A stretch of DNA of 62,404 nt, the filler included, from Choristocarpus tenellus KU-1152 (Eukaryota; Protista; Phaeophyceae), in assembly GCA_964200185.2 (NCBI GenBank). It is 11 parts of 11 records of this genome, joined end to end, with 100 filler letters (N's around TTAATTAATTAA, not from the genome) between each part and the next. Parts side by side here need not be neighbours in the genome. Positions count along the whole stretch, not along the records: positions 50,681 to 59,442 come from CAXNAD020004351.1; positions 59,543 to 62,404 come from CAXNAD020024127.1; 9 more parts are not named here. One strand, given 5' to 3'. Positions 51,430 through 62,404 of the stretch are shown piece after piece. Position 1 is the first letter of the stretch; every line of letters begins with the position of its first letter. The translations under genes were made by a program, and so were the position numbers. The notes under the pieces are model-generated. The model saw nothing but the letters and a program-made list of their open reading frames with translations, searched no databases and was not told the DNA's origin.

Positions 51430-51760
51430 GATTCTGGTTGGGCGTCTTGAAGGACACTACTTGATAATTCCAAAGTACCACTGTGAATTGAACCCGATAG
51501 AGATAGTCCGGGGGTGGGTGAAGCATTATGTACAAGGTCACTGTGACTACACGTTGCCTGGAATGAGAGCCAAAATTCCTGTCAGTCTTAAGAAGGAAGG
51601 GAGACTGTCCAGAGCAATTGTGGAGAGGTTCTTCAGGTTGATCATTGCTTACTTACCACCTGATATATTCCAATGAGGAAGGCATAGAGTGCACCAAATT
51701 GGACATGGTGTACAAGACATTGTACAAGACATTTAAATCTCACAGGAGGCCTGCCCTTCA
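51430..51760 (+). pseudogene. IS630/Tc1-like DDE transposase C-terminal remnant
   Basis: GHYLIIPKYHCELNPIEIVRGWVK (PKFHCELNPIE motif) and terminal FKSHRRP. Confidence 0.8.
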
Positions 51761-54700
51761 GAATACCTCATTTGACTTGGCATGGATTATCTGGTTCAAA
51801 AGCTGGGGCCCCCATGGGTAAGCCTTAGTCAGCAGGCGACAACATCGCATAAATGGGATATAATGGAGAGAGAATGGAGAGACAACAACATCCATGTTCT
51901 CTGGGTGAAGATGACCTCTTCAGGCATCAAAATCATCCTTCAATGGACGGTTCGCGCGCGCGCCGTGTGACATCCAAATGCAAATCGTGTGCACGGACTA
52001 CTTTATTTAAGTATGGTCCTGTATTTCTCACGATTGCTCCAAGTTTGCCAACCGAGACCCATCAAACAACGTTAACCATGCTGATGCTATCACAACAAAC
52101 AATTTTTCATGAAAAAAAATGTTCATCAAAAGTTATGGCACGACAAAGTTGATGCAGGAGGCGACTGCCAACACTGTAGGTGAAAAAAAATGCCTCTGCT
52201 GGCTATCCTCAGGTGGGAAGACAGTAGTGAGGGTGTTGTGGGTTGTGAATTAGGTGTTTGTGCATGTAGCTCTACATGATATGAGACAAGGGTGTACCTC
52301 CACCTCCTTCAATACCATTGAACTTTATGCATGCGTGCAAAGGTGTGTGAACTTTGCTATCACAAGGTTCCAAGTGAGATGTAGTCAAAGTACCAAAGCA
52401 CTTTCTTGATCCGCAAAATACAACCATCTTGTTCTTGTCACTTCTGTACATGAATGGTGTCAAGATTTCGTATGGGATTTATGTCTATCACCAGAAGCAA
52501 ACCTGTATGGAAAGTTTTACCAGTTCTCAGACTTCCGCCCCCTCGTCTCACACTGGAATAGTGGACCCTCAATGGATTGCATTTTTTACACACACACAAC
52601 CATGTGAATGGCATCAGCACAGACTAGCTACCTATCTAGCAGTGCTCTGTAGCCTCAATGAACTGTAGAAAGGCATGAACATCATGGTCAAGCACTGACT
52701 TCATATGTGACTGTTGGGAGGAGAAGCAGGTTGTGGGCAAGGTGAATGTACTGGGTTGTTTCTAACATAAACTTTAAAGATATGGTTCAAAACATGTCCC
52801 TGTCCCTGGATATTCAACAGCATGACTCACGTGAATCACAGGTTACTATCATTGGCCAGGACCAGTAGAGTTGTCCAATAAAGTATTACTCACTGCTGTG
52901 CACTGCTCTGTGTTAGTACCACTGGTGTTGTAAACACTAATGCTAATGTAATGCACTTGAAAAATAACACAAATACTCTGGCATTAGAAATAGTTTTTGG
53001 AAAAGCTTTCCACAAACATTGACATAGACGATTTGAAGAATCAACTTGTTTATCGAGTGCAGCAGGGTACACACCCTGGATCAATCCCTTTTTGTTGTAC
53101 TGGAGGCGTGTCAGTAATACAAATCAGTTGCAACAACAACAAACTGTATAATTATTGTGCTCTACTTGATCAAAGATCGATGTGATGTACTACAATCACA
53201 TTTAAGATTTTAAAAAATAATTTAAATCTTCGTATGCAATTTTTTTGTTAAGCAAAATGTATGATGAGAAAATATATATAGGTAATAGAAGAATAAATTG
53301 CTTGATATGTGATTTCTTACTATAAGTTTGAGAAAAATACAAAGGCGAAGTTAAATAAAGGTCAAATAATTCTTAGCTCGACATTAAAGTCCAGCATAAG
53401 AAACCAAGGGTGGGCACACAAGTGCATCATCATGATCAACATCGAATTGAGAATACTATTGATTGGTTCTGTTTGGAACGGAAACACCACTATTTTTTTT
53501 TTTGTCATTTATCACTCAATGAGACTGGTTGACGTAAAGTGGTTTTGCACTTGTGTTGCCTCCCTCATGTCGTAGAGTCATCCAATTACCATCTTGCCTC
53601 CTCTCCTGCCCTGGAGTATTCCGAGTTAGGTTTACACCATGACTGGGAACAACTACCATGCTTGTTAGGGTCTTGAGCCCCTTCACAAATTTCCTTACAT
53701 AGCTCTCTAGATTCCTGTAACTAAAATACATCCAATTGCAATTTGTCAATTGGATCTGCTACAGCCATGTGCCAAAAGAACCTGGAGATCAATCTTGCAG
53801 TACTCCCATGACTTCTATACGTTAGTATACACCCCTCTTTGGCCTTCTTATCCTAGTGTACCTCACACCACCTTACACTCCCTTTCCACTCTCAGTAGCT
53901 TACTACGTGGAGGTCTATCATACTTCCCCAGCTTTAAACCACCTTGCAAAAAACACAGATAATCAAGTACGATTCTTTCTTCAATTTCAAAATCATGCAT
54001 TGCATTCGAAAGGATACTGGGTATTTATGCATAACCTACGAAACAGTTGGATACAAGAGCCCACAAAATTACAGCGACAGAAGGAGGTGTACAACTCTTC
54101 ATAGCTCCAAGAGTGATCCCATTTTGGTATCTTTGAGCTAAGCCACCTTGTCGTATCCATACATCAAAGCACCACCATTGCTACTCTGCCACTCTGCTCT
54201 TGGCACACTACCCACTAACTGGAACAAAAGCAAAGTTAATATTGATTGTAACAATAATAATAATTATGGCGTGCAAGCAATGTAGATCGGATATCTCAGA
54301 TACCTGCAGAGGTAACCTCTCAGTGAAGTGAAATGTGGAGCAAATATATCTTCCTAGATGGCTAGAAGGCGTTACATTAATGTAGACAGCAACAAACAAG
54401 AAACGGTGATAAAGGGGGAGGGGGGGGCACCCTCAACACCCAACCACAGACAATGAACAAAAGGTGGATCTTTCCTCTTGGAAATTTGCATCCACTGCAA
54501 TGCCTTGACTCAGGCTTCTCCACACATCCCCAGTATGAGGGAGGTGGGAAGGGAGGAACAACTTAAGTGATGTCTGGTTGCATTTCCTATTGTATCAATG
54601 CAGAAGCAGCACAAAATATACAAAATTACTGCATCACTTCTATGAGGGAGGTAGTTGACACACCCCATTCATTTCACGCAGCAGACACTCCTCCACTGCA

Positions 54701-55013
54701 GATAGCCACCTAGGCTAGGGTTGGCACATGCATGTTGGAAAATGGTATTTATCACCCACAACCTTTCAAGCACAGGACTTGGAGCTATTGAGCCCGATCA
54801 GAATTCTTTCCAACGCTGTCTTCTTAGGTTGGAGTATGGAGAGATTGCCCCCAGTCACAGATTGGTTTTCTATTTCTTGGTTGGGCATCTGGCACTTCTT
54901 TATGTGATCTGGTCATGCATTTTAATCACAACCAACGAAGCAGCAGCACTGGCAACCTGACTGTCAAAAACTCATTGAAAGGTAACAACAATGTAAGTCA
55001 GTGATAGCACACC

Positions 55014-56517
55014 TCAAAACAGTTCATCCTCCTCCTGGAAGCCAGTGCTCTTCTTGGTCATAGAAGGGAGGAATGGGATATACACAAGTATCACCTTCCC
55101 CAACGGTACAAACCCTTCAATGACCCGTTGCTGCGACTCAAAGAACCGTATTTGCAGCCCATTCGGTGTATCCCATAGAAAAAACTTCCCCACCTCAAAT
55201 TCAAGCACTCCACGGTCTATGACCACCAAACACTCAGCAATCTGCCAAGTGAAAAAAACATGCATGTAGGAGTAAAGGCACACTGAGTGAGGAGGTTTGG
55301 ACTCGAAACAATCTAACAATTTAGTGAAACACTAGGGTGGTACGTTACATTGGAAAATTGCAAAAAGAATGCCTCTCTAGCCTTTGAGGGGAAACAGTAA
55401 AAACACGGTCGGGCACCTAGAGAGACTCACAAGTAGGAAGGAATCAAAGCAGGGAAGAAAGACACTGGGTTAGATGGGATGGCGTCTCACCTCGTCGTTT
55501 GGCAGAGACACATTCAATTTGTCATTTGGCGAGACAATCGCCACCGGGTCTGACAGTTGCAAAGTCACGCTAGTCCCCGGCAGGGCCACGGTGCCCATCT
55601 AGGATGAGCATCATTCCATCGGACGTACACGGCGGCATGGAGAAACAATTAGAAGCGTTGGGCAGGGATCAGGGAGTCACGAGAGAGGCAGTAAGTGAGC
55701 AGGGTATCCCTTGTCCTTACATCGATAGGATGACGAGATACTTTTGTCGAACTACGAAAGCTCCAACGGATCAGCTCTCAGGTACCAGCATGGCACAGTT
55801 AATAAAATCCTGGGGGGTACACCCTACAGGAACATACCTGTCTTCACCAAGCTGTACAACGGTACAATGACTCGTAAGTGTTACCCACCTGAGGCCCTTC
55901 TGGGTCGGAGAAGTCGTACTGCCAATTCCCCATTTCGGCTGCAGGGGAAGAGCTTACCGCATTTAAATCTTCTACGGTAAGGTCTGGGAGTGCACCGGCT
56001 ATTTGAACTATGCGGGGCATGATTTCGTTGTCTTCGACCTGAATGATGGGCAAGAAACGCGATCTAGTGCCGTGCATACCTTCTTCCACTTGCGCCACCT
56101 TCAAGCGAGGGAATGGGTGGATGGGGACGAGAGATCAAAATCAAAACGAAAGTTCACCATACGCTCTTGGCAAGATGCTCTTCATTGCAGGCAAATACAC
56201 ACACATACGTATAAATCTATATCGCAGAATGGCAGTGCAAGAAAGCAGATTGGCAATACGAGGGGATGACAACCGGGGCTCGACCGACCCAGTCTCACAG
56301 TACACAATGCGAATAGTCTAATGGAATTTAATCCGTCTACAACGCTCTCCGCCTTAGTGAGGGATCTAACCATGGGCGTGCTCCGTCTTGTGGTGGAGAA
56401 CGACCTCCGCGAAGCAGGACATCCACGCGTGAGGGTGGAGGGGACGTGCACAAATGCCTCAGCAGAAACAAGAATAGTAGCGGCATAGGCCACTTGCAAT
56501 AGGAGGCTGGTGTACAT
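55014..56517 (-). CDS. Nuclear-encoded plastid-targeted protein of unknown function; exons 56517-56371, 56098-55889, 55598-55491, 55241-55014
   Basis: Signal peptide MYTSLLLQVAYAATILVSAEA|FVHVP (ASAFAP-like) plus an S/T/R-rich transit peptide. Three phase-0 GT-AG introns give one ORF ending KKSTGFQEEDELF*. Confidence 0.88.
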
Positions 56518-57308
56518 GGTGGAATTCCTGGTGCAAAGCCCCTCCTTTAACTTGTCAAGATAGGTCTAGATAGTGTAGACCTCACATGAATTGACGACTC
56601 ATCCTTCAACCCCAACCGACCATACCAAAGCTCTAACCCTAATTCTGTATGGTAGTATTAATTAGAAGGTTTCATACGTATTTGACGTGATAGGAACAGA
56701 TTTGAGAGGGTCGTGATACGCTCTAGAATCTCCAGTTCACATTTACACAATTGCACAACTGCTACTACTTGTATACACTAGTGTTGAAGGTACTTATGCC
56801 CAGGAATTCCCTTAGGTACGACAGGTCGCTTGAGGCGAACTTGGAATAAGGGCGAGATGATGACGGCCTTTGATGGAAAAGGATATGGGCAGGGTTCTTC
56901 TCAAGATAGCTGTTTGTTGGGGGAAGGTGCTAATGCTCGAGAGGTGTGTAGAAATTTCGAATAACACTTGGAAGAGCACCTTTACTTTTAAGACTTACAT
57001 GCGGGCTAATTTATGCAAGGAAGACGTCGTTCTCCCGGAAAATTTCTTGTTACCCCCGTGATATTCGATGCAGTGGTTGTCGCTTTCCTGTCTGATCTCC
57101 ACCCAACCTCGTTGTATTGTTTTCTGCGTGTTGTAGTTTCTAACATGTGGTGACTTGACCTTTGGTCCTCATCTCTAAGCTCTGCTCTAAAGTCCGACGT
57201 TGCACATGAGTTCAACCTAGCCATATCCTTAGCCCGACCTGATCTCGGTAACTCCTTGGGCAACGCATCTCCTTCCTCACCCAACTATCACAACTACGTA
57301 CTTCCCAG

Positions 57309-58205
57309 GTATCTGAAGAAAAAATGAGCCTGCTGGAGGCTGCACAGATGCGATCAGAGGCTGCTGCCCAAGAGCGATTGGCAAAACAACGGAAGGCACG
57401 CATATGATATTCCCCGTCTCCTTTTCCCCTTCACTTAGACCCCATGCATATTGTGCTGTTTGTGTACGAACTTGTGTTGTGTCAACAAAAGATGAACCAA
57501 ACACGCAATAAAAGCAAATCTTCCCAATCCTGCGATCCCTTACATCGCCTGAGCAGCTCGAGCAAGAGCGTCAAATTCTGGAGGAGCAGGTGAGTCGACG
57601 GGGAAATGAGGGACTGGGAGGGATGGAGGACCCATATAAGTCCTCCACGATAGTGACCATCTCTCCACAGGGGGGCCTAAGTGAAGGTTCATTCGGCATT
57701 GGAGACTTTGGTGACCTGGCTCAATCTGCACAGTCGGCCAGGTATATACAATCTCTCGGCTCTGTCGCTCTTTGTTAGTCTATCAAAGATTAAGTGGCCA
57801 CACTAGCATTATCTCTCAAAATGAAATACTCTGTTTTGCCAGACACTTAGCCTTGCACTACATGGTACATGATCCCATTCTACAGCCTTGCCACAAATCA
57901 CCAGATTCTTTCGAGTTCATTAGAGAAACGGTCTCCTCTGCTGCAAGGAAAACAACTACTATACCCCCTCCTGTGCATATGATATTCATAGGCGGGATTG
58001 GAAGCTGAACACATCGAAGCTGTCCCAGGAGTATGTGGAGGCAGCAGGACGGGGAAGTGGAGGCAGTGAAGGAGGCGGAAGGCCTGGAGTGGGGGTGATG
58101 GCGCAGGTTGGTGTGGGGGCGCTGGTACCTCCTCGGTGGGTTCCTGACGAAGACTCTGTTCGATGCGAAGGGTGTGGGAGAGCTTTTGATTGGGCCAGGA
58201 GGAGG
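57309..58205 (+). CDS. FYVE zinc-finger protein, partial; exons 57309-57395, 57557-57589, 57671-57741, 57992-58205
   Basis: Four frame-consistent exons: a coiled coil, then PPRWVPDEDSVRCEGCGRAFDWARRR| (WxxD, CxxC, start of R(R/K)HHCR). The first intron is GC-AG. The next exon was not found in this contig. Confidence 0.75.
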
Positions 58206-59542
58206 GTGAGATGAGGGGGAAGAAAAGTACTGTAATTGATGGAAAATATAGAACTCTCTTTGTAGCCACCATGCCCCCTGTTCAGATGCTGGGAGATTGG
58301 ACCCTTTAGAGTGTGAGTTGATGACCAGGGGTTTGGTAGAGGATAGACAGGACCGGGGCTAAGGTCATCCCGGGGTTCATGATGGAGGAAAGCTGATAAT
58401 ACAGAGAGTCGGTCTGATGCCAAAAGAGGATTAATGTGCAATTTGTACTACGTGCAGTCCCTTGTCTATATTACAGAATACAAGTAGATCTGTTGATTTT
58501 ATGGGCAGGTGGGATTGAATCCGGCCCCCGTTCTTGGAGGAGTTTAGCTGATTCAGAGGTTGTGTAAGACATACTTTTATCTTTTATGTAAATTGAAGTA
58601 TGCCTTTATTTTGTATCTTAAATTTGTCATACCGCATCACGTCTATTCTGTGTGCCACCCATGTACTAGCTTTCTTTTTGTAGAGGGATGTATTGTAGGA
58701 TTGCCCAATCAGCCCCATTCTAACTCAATCACAGTCAGTGATGTTGAAGGTGTATTGTACTCCAATTACCCTCTACCCCCATTTTACTTCCAAGAAAATG
58801 AGAGCTGGTCTTGCAGAGACCCTTAGACCTATACTCTTTCTCGCAGCAACTTGTAGGTAAGGCATTGACTGAAGTAATACATTGTCTTAGCATGTAGATG
58901 AAGCTTGGGGATATTTGTAGTACTTATCGCCCCTCTGAACATTGGATCAATGAGATGCTTGATCTCAGTGATGCGGTCATTGTGTTGCTCTGAAAAATCT
59001 GTTTGTGCTGATGCCCTACGCGAAGGCTTGTTTCACTGTGGGGAAACGCCTTCACTACAGATGTGACAACAATAGACGACATGCGGTAGTTTGGTGTTTC
59101 TGAGGATTATCATTTTGGGCAGTTATACCAGTGCTGTGTTGATGTCGATTTTCTCATAGTCCCCCATCCATGTCCAAACCCTGCTGCCCTCTTTTTTTGC
59201 CACTTCACCCCCTCCCCCCCACCAAAATCTAGTACACTTTTGCCTAGCCCTAACCCTAACTCTTACCTCAACCCTCCAATCTATATCAGTACTTGTTTGT
59301 GAACCATAGAACTGTGAGAGTTTGAACATATTCACATATTAACTTCAGCTTCTCTTTTGTTGATTCAGGTTTTCCCATTCTGAGATCCCCCATTCCCCCC
59401 CCCCCCTCCCCGAACATGCAACTGGAAGGCACTGCAGACCACNNNNNNNNNNNNNNNNNNNNNNNNNNNNNNNNNNNNNNNNNNNNTTAATTAATTAANN
59501 NNNNNNNNNNNNNNNNNNNNNNNNNNNNNNNNNNNNNNNNNN

Positions 59543-59586
<44 letters not shown>

Positions 59587-59620
59587 GGGGGGGGGGGGGG
59601 TGGTGCGTACATGTGAGGTT

Positions 59621-59745
59621 GTGTGTCTATCTTGTGTGTCTATTTTGTGTGTCTATCTTGTGTGTCTATTTTGTGTGTCTATCTTGTGTGTCTATTTTGT
59701 GAGTCTATCTTGTGTGTCTATCTTGTGTGTCTATCTTGTGTGTCT
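59621..59745 (+). repeat. Minisatellite, ~9.5 x 13 bp GTGTGTCTAT(C/T)TT
   Basis: Read directly from the sequence. Confidence 0.9.
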
Positions 59746-61228
59746 TGGTTTGATGTGTGCGCACTATGGTGAGCAATGAGTAGGAACATATTGAGCTATG
59801 ACAACAGTACCGCCAACATACAAGAATTAACTGTTTCAAGCGAAAGGGGTCTTTTAACAAAATACACAAATATGCAAATACATACTAACACACAGACACA
59901 CAGACACAGGTTGCCACGTAGATGACCCTTGCGTTTTCATGGGGAAAGTTTACTGTATTTATATTGTCTGGCACAATTCTCGGGCAGTAGTATTGTAGTA
60001 TTGAAGTCTAATAATAAACTGTAAATCTTAGTATTGTAGTATTGTAGTCTAATAATAAACTGTAAATCTTAGCATTGTAGTCTTCAGGACACTGTGAACT
60101 AGGTAGCTGAGTATAAAGAACTTTACTAGGATATTCTTTTCTTTTTCTGAGTTATAAAGGGTTAGGGCTTACTCAACACGACTGCTACTGCACTCTTTTG
60201 TGCATACACACAGTTGATGCCCGAAAAACAACAAAACGCCTGTTCCACTCTGTGTGTCACACGCTCGAGGGTGATGTGCTTAGCAGTTGGCGGTAGAGAT
60301 TCTCATGATGGACTACCGGGTCTTCCAGGCATACAGCGAATGCTTGGGGGAACAACTAGACCCAACCAAAAAAATCACTTCTCATTAGACATTGTAAATG
60401 TAACCAGCAACAGGGGGAAACAAAAAAAAATGCACAGAGAGAGCTGTCAGCATTTCCTCATGCAAGTTGCGTCATACTTGGGGAGGTAGTTAAAAACTGC
60501 AGTAGATGGTGTTGTCGAATAGATTAGTATTGTGACAAACGATCATCTTGCGATGGATGAGAGTACCTGGCATATAGTTGCTGAATGCTGTTTCCTAGTG
60601 TCAAAACGCCTTGTAGCAAACATCACACTCCCTCTAACACCCAACTAAGATACCACAACATTCAAACTATGTGGTACCCAGAAAATGTACAAAATATGAT
60701 GCCCTCCCAGAACTGACCCCGCCCTGTAGTTTCAACCCCAAAGATGCCCTACAGCATAAAACCAACTCCTGATATATATAGCAACCCTCATCCCCCCTTC
60801 TGCCCCCCAAAGACACGAGCAATGATTTCACCACCTCTAACCCTTCCCCTACAACAATAGATACTTTCAGAATCTCAAGTCACACCTCCATTATTTCCTT
60901 GAGCTGCCCCACCACAGTGTGATGAAGATGACCTGCTTCCCCCTGCCCCTGCTTCCCCTCTTCACCCTCCAAAGATCCATTCCCTTCACCGGCACCACCT
61001 CCCCCATTTCCCCTCTCACTGCTGTCATTCCTACAACCTGGGGTGCATGTTGCCATCTTAACGATGACCCCCCCCCCCATCCACACAGACAGCAAAAGTT
61101 CATAGTTGTTTTAGACTGAATCATTTGCCCAAGGAAATTTAGTCTCACAGTAGGGTGAAATCAAAGGGCCTGTTGGAGCCAAGATGGAAGTAGACAGGAA
61201 ATACAACGAATACGAATTCAAGGTATAT

Positions 61229-61290
61229 GGGGTGGGGTGGGGTGGGGTGGGGTGGGGTGGGGTGGGGTGGGGTGGGGTGGGGTGGGGGTA
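61229..61290 (+). repeat. (GGGGT)n microsatellite
   Basis: Read directly from the sequence. Confidence 0.9.
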
Positions 61291-62227
61291 GGGGTGGGGG
61301 TCGAGGTGGGGGGGAAGCCTTTTGGCAAAAAAAGGGGCGTATTATTTTAACTCGGGGTGAAGGAAAATAATAAAAAGCAAGCTCTGAGGTACTCTGTAGC
61401 TCCACGGCAGAATGACCAGTGAATCTCTAATCACAACAACAACTCAACAGCATCCACTTTCCACTCCAACAGAGAGCACACCTACATATACACATCCTCT
61501 TCCTGAGGGAGGAAGGGAGGGAGGAAGGGAGGGAGGAAGGGAAGGAGAGATAAAAGCTACCTCAACCACTACCAACACCACTAGCATTCCCCTGCTAACA
61601 ATACTACTGCACTACCACAATTAATGGTGACTCCTCTCTGGCACATGCGCATCTACACACTGGCTCTTTCAGCGATCAAACACAACCTTCAAGTCGAATC
61701 TACCGTCTTCAACCAGGGTGCCTCTCTCTCTGTGTGTGTTTATTTGTTGGGAGTGTTGAGGTGGGGGGGGGGGGCAATAATCTCCACGGCAACATGTTAA
61801 TACAGGAAAAACACACACAAACAGGAGCAGCTCCAACAAGCACACTGAGATGCAATGCAAAATCATCGAGTGTCAAGATTATTCTTAACCATTTATAGTA
61901 CTTCATATTTGTAAGAATATGATTTGAAGTACTATTTTATGTACGCACAGACTATGATGCACGACCTCTGGGATATTTAGGGTTAGGGTATTTGACCAGA
62001 AGTAATCGGCGGACTGCTAGAGTCCGGAGTGTTTCTGACATGTACTAGAGAACTGTTGAGTCACTTGGTGTTCTGAGTAATTTACTAGAAGGATTGGTTA
62101 GCCCCACCTAGTGATGGTATCTCACTCTCTTCTCAACTGTGATACAAGCTCATAAACAATAATGTAACTGGTTGTATGGAACAACAGATAGCCAAGGACA
62201 GCTCAACATCGACTGTTTTGCACACAG

Positions 62228-62275
62228 ACGTCAATAGACGTCAATAGACGTCAATAGACGTCAATAGACATCAAT
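62228..62275 (+). repeat. Tandem 10-mer ACGTCAATAG, 4-5 copies
   Basis: Read directly from the sequence. Confidence 0.85.
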
Positions 62276-62404
62276 TGAACAAAATTCTGTATTTTGAGGA
62301 CAATTAAGCTCCTAGCTCAGAGCCGATGGCAGTCCTTTCCTTCCAGAAGGGGTTGCGGCGGGGGGGGGGGGGGGGGGAGAGGGGGGGGAGGGGAAAAAAA
62401 AAAA

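Noticed and set aside
2572-59542. Recurrent TTAATTAATTAA palindrome between N runs
   Set aside because: Artificial six-frame-stop linker. Any apparent gene clustering across it is meaningless.
60880-61866. Possible minus-strand exons (GHLHHTVVGQLKEIME; TLVEDGRFDLKVVFDR)
   Set aside because: Plausible but too short, with no recognisable domain or consistent splice chain.

Overview
This window is not one locus. It is 11 contigs joined by ten artificial 100-bp N/TTAATTAATTAA/N linkers. The DNA is intron-rich eukaryotic sequence, most likely a photosynthetic stramenopile and probably a brown alga or close relative. That call rests on an ASAFAP-type bipartite plastid presequence, a COR-domain (ROCO) gene, TTAGGG repeats and long GT-AG introns. 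Host genes, most of them partial: an RI-like LRR protein, a ROCO/COR protein, a fatty acyl-CoA reductase, the PPIP5K/VIP1 phosphatase domain, a complete 4-exon plastid-targeted protein of unknown function, a FYVE-domain protein, and a complete 2-exon small secreted protein. Much of the rest is transposon material: a decayed full-length Ty1/copia plus a solo LTR, three mariner (Stowaway-type TIR) fragments, hAT and Tc1/IS630 pseudogenes, gypsy debris, a foldback element, and a ~260-bp MITE family with GAG...CTC ends and 4-bp TSDs (Sola2-like). Two signals stand out. (1) The secreted protein has a signal peptide, an acidic propeptide ending in RQLR, then five (DSYSKDSYSKDSK) units, which is a silaffin/cingulin-like design in what looks like a non-diatom. 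(2) The MITE TIR contains TTAGAGGG, which appears as TTAGGGTTAGGG in two copies, in a genome dotted with short interstitial telomeric tracts. All calls come from reading the sequence by eye; no searches were run.
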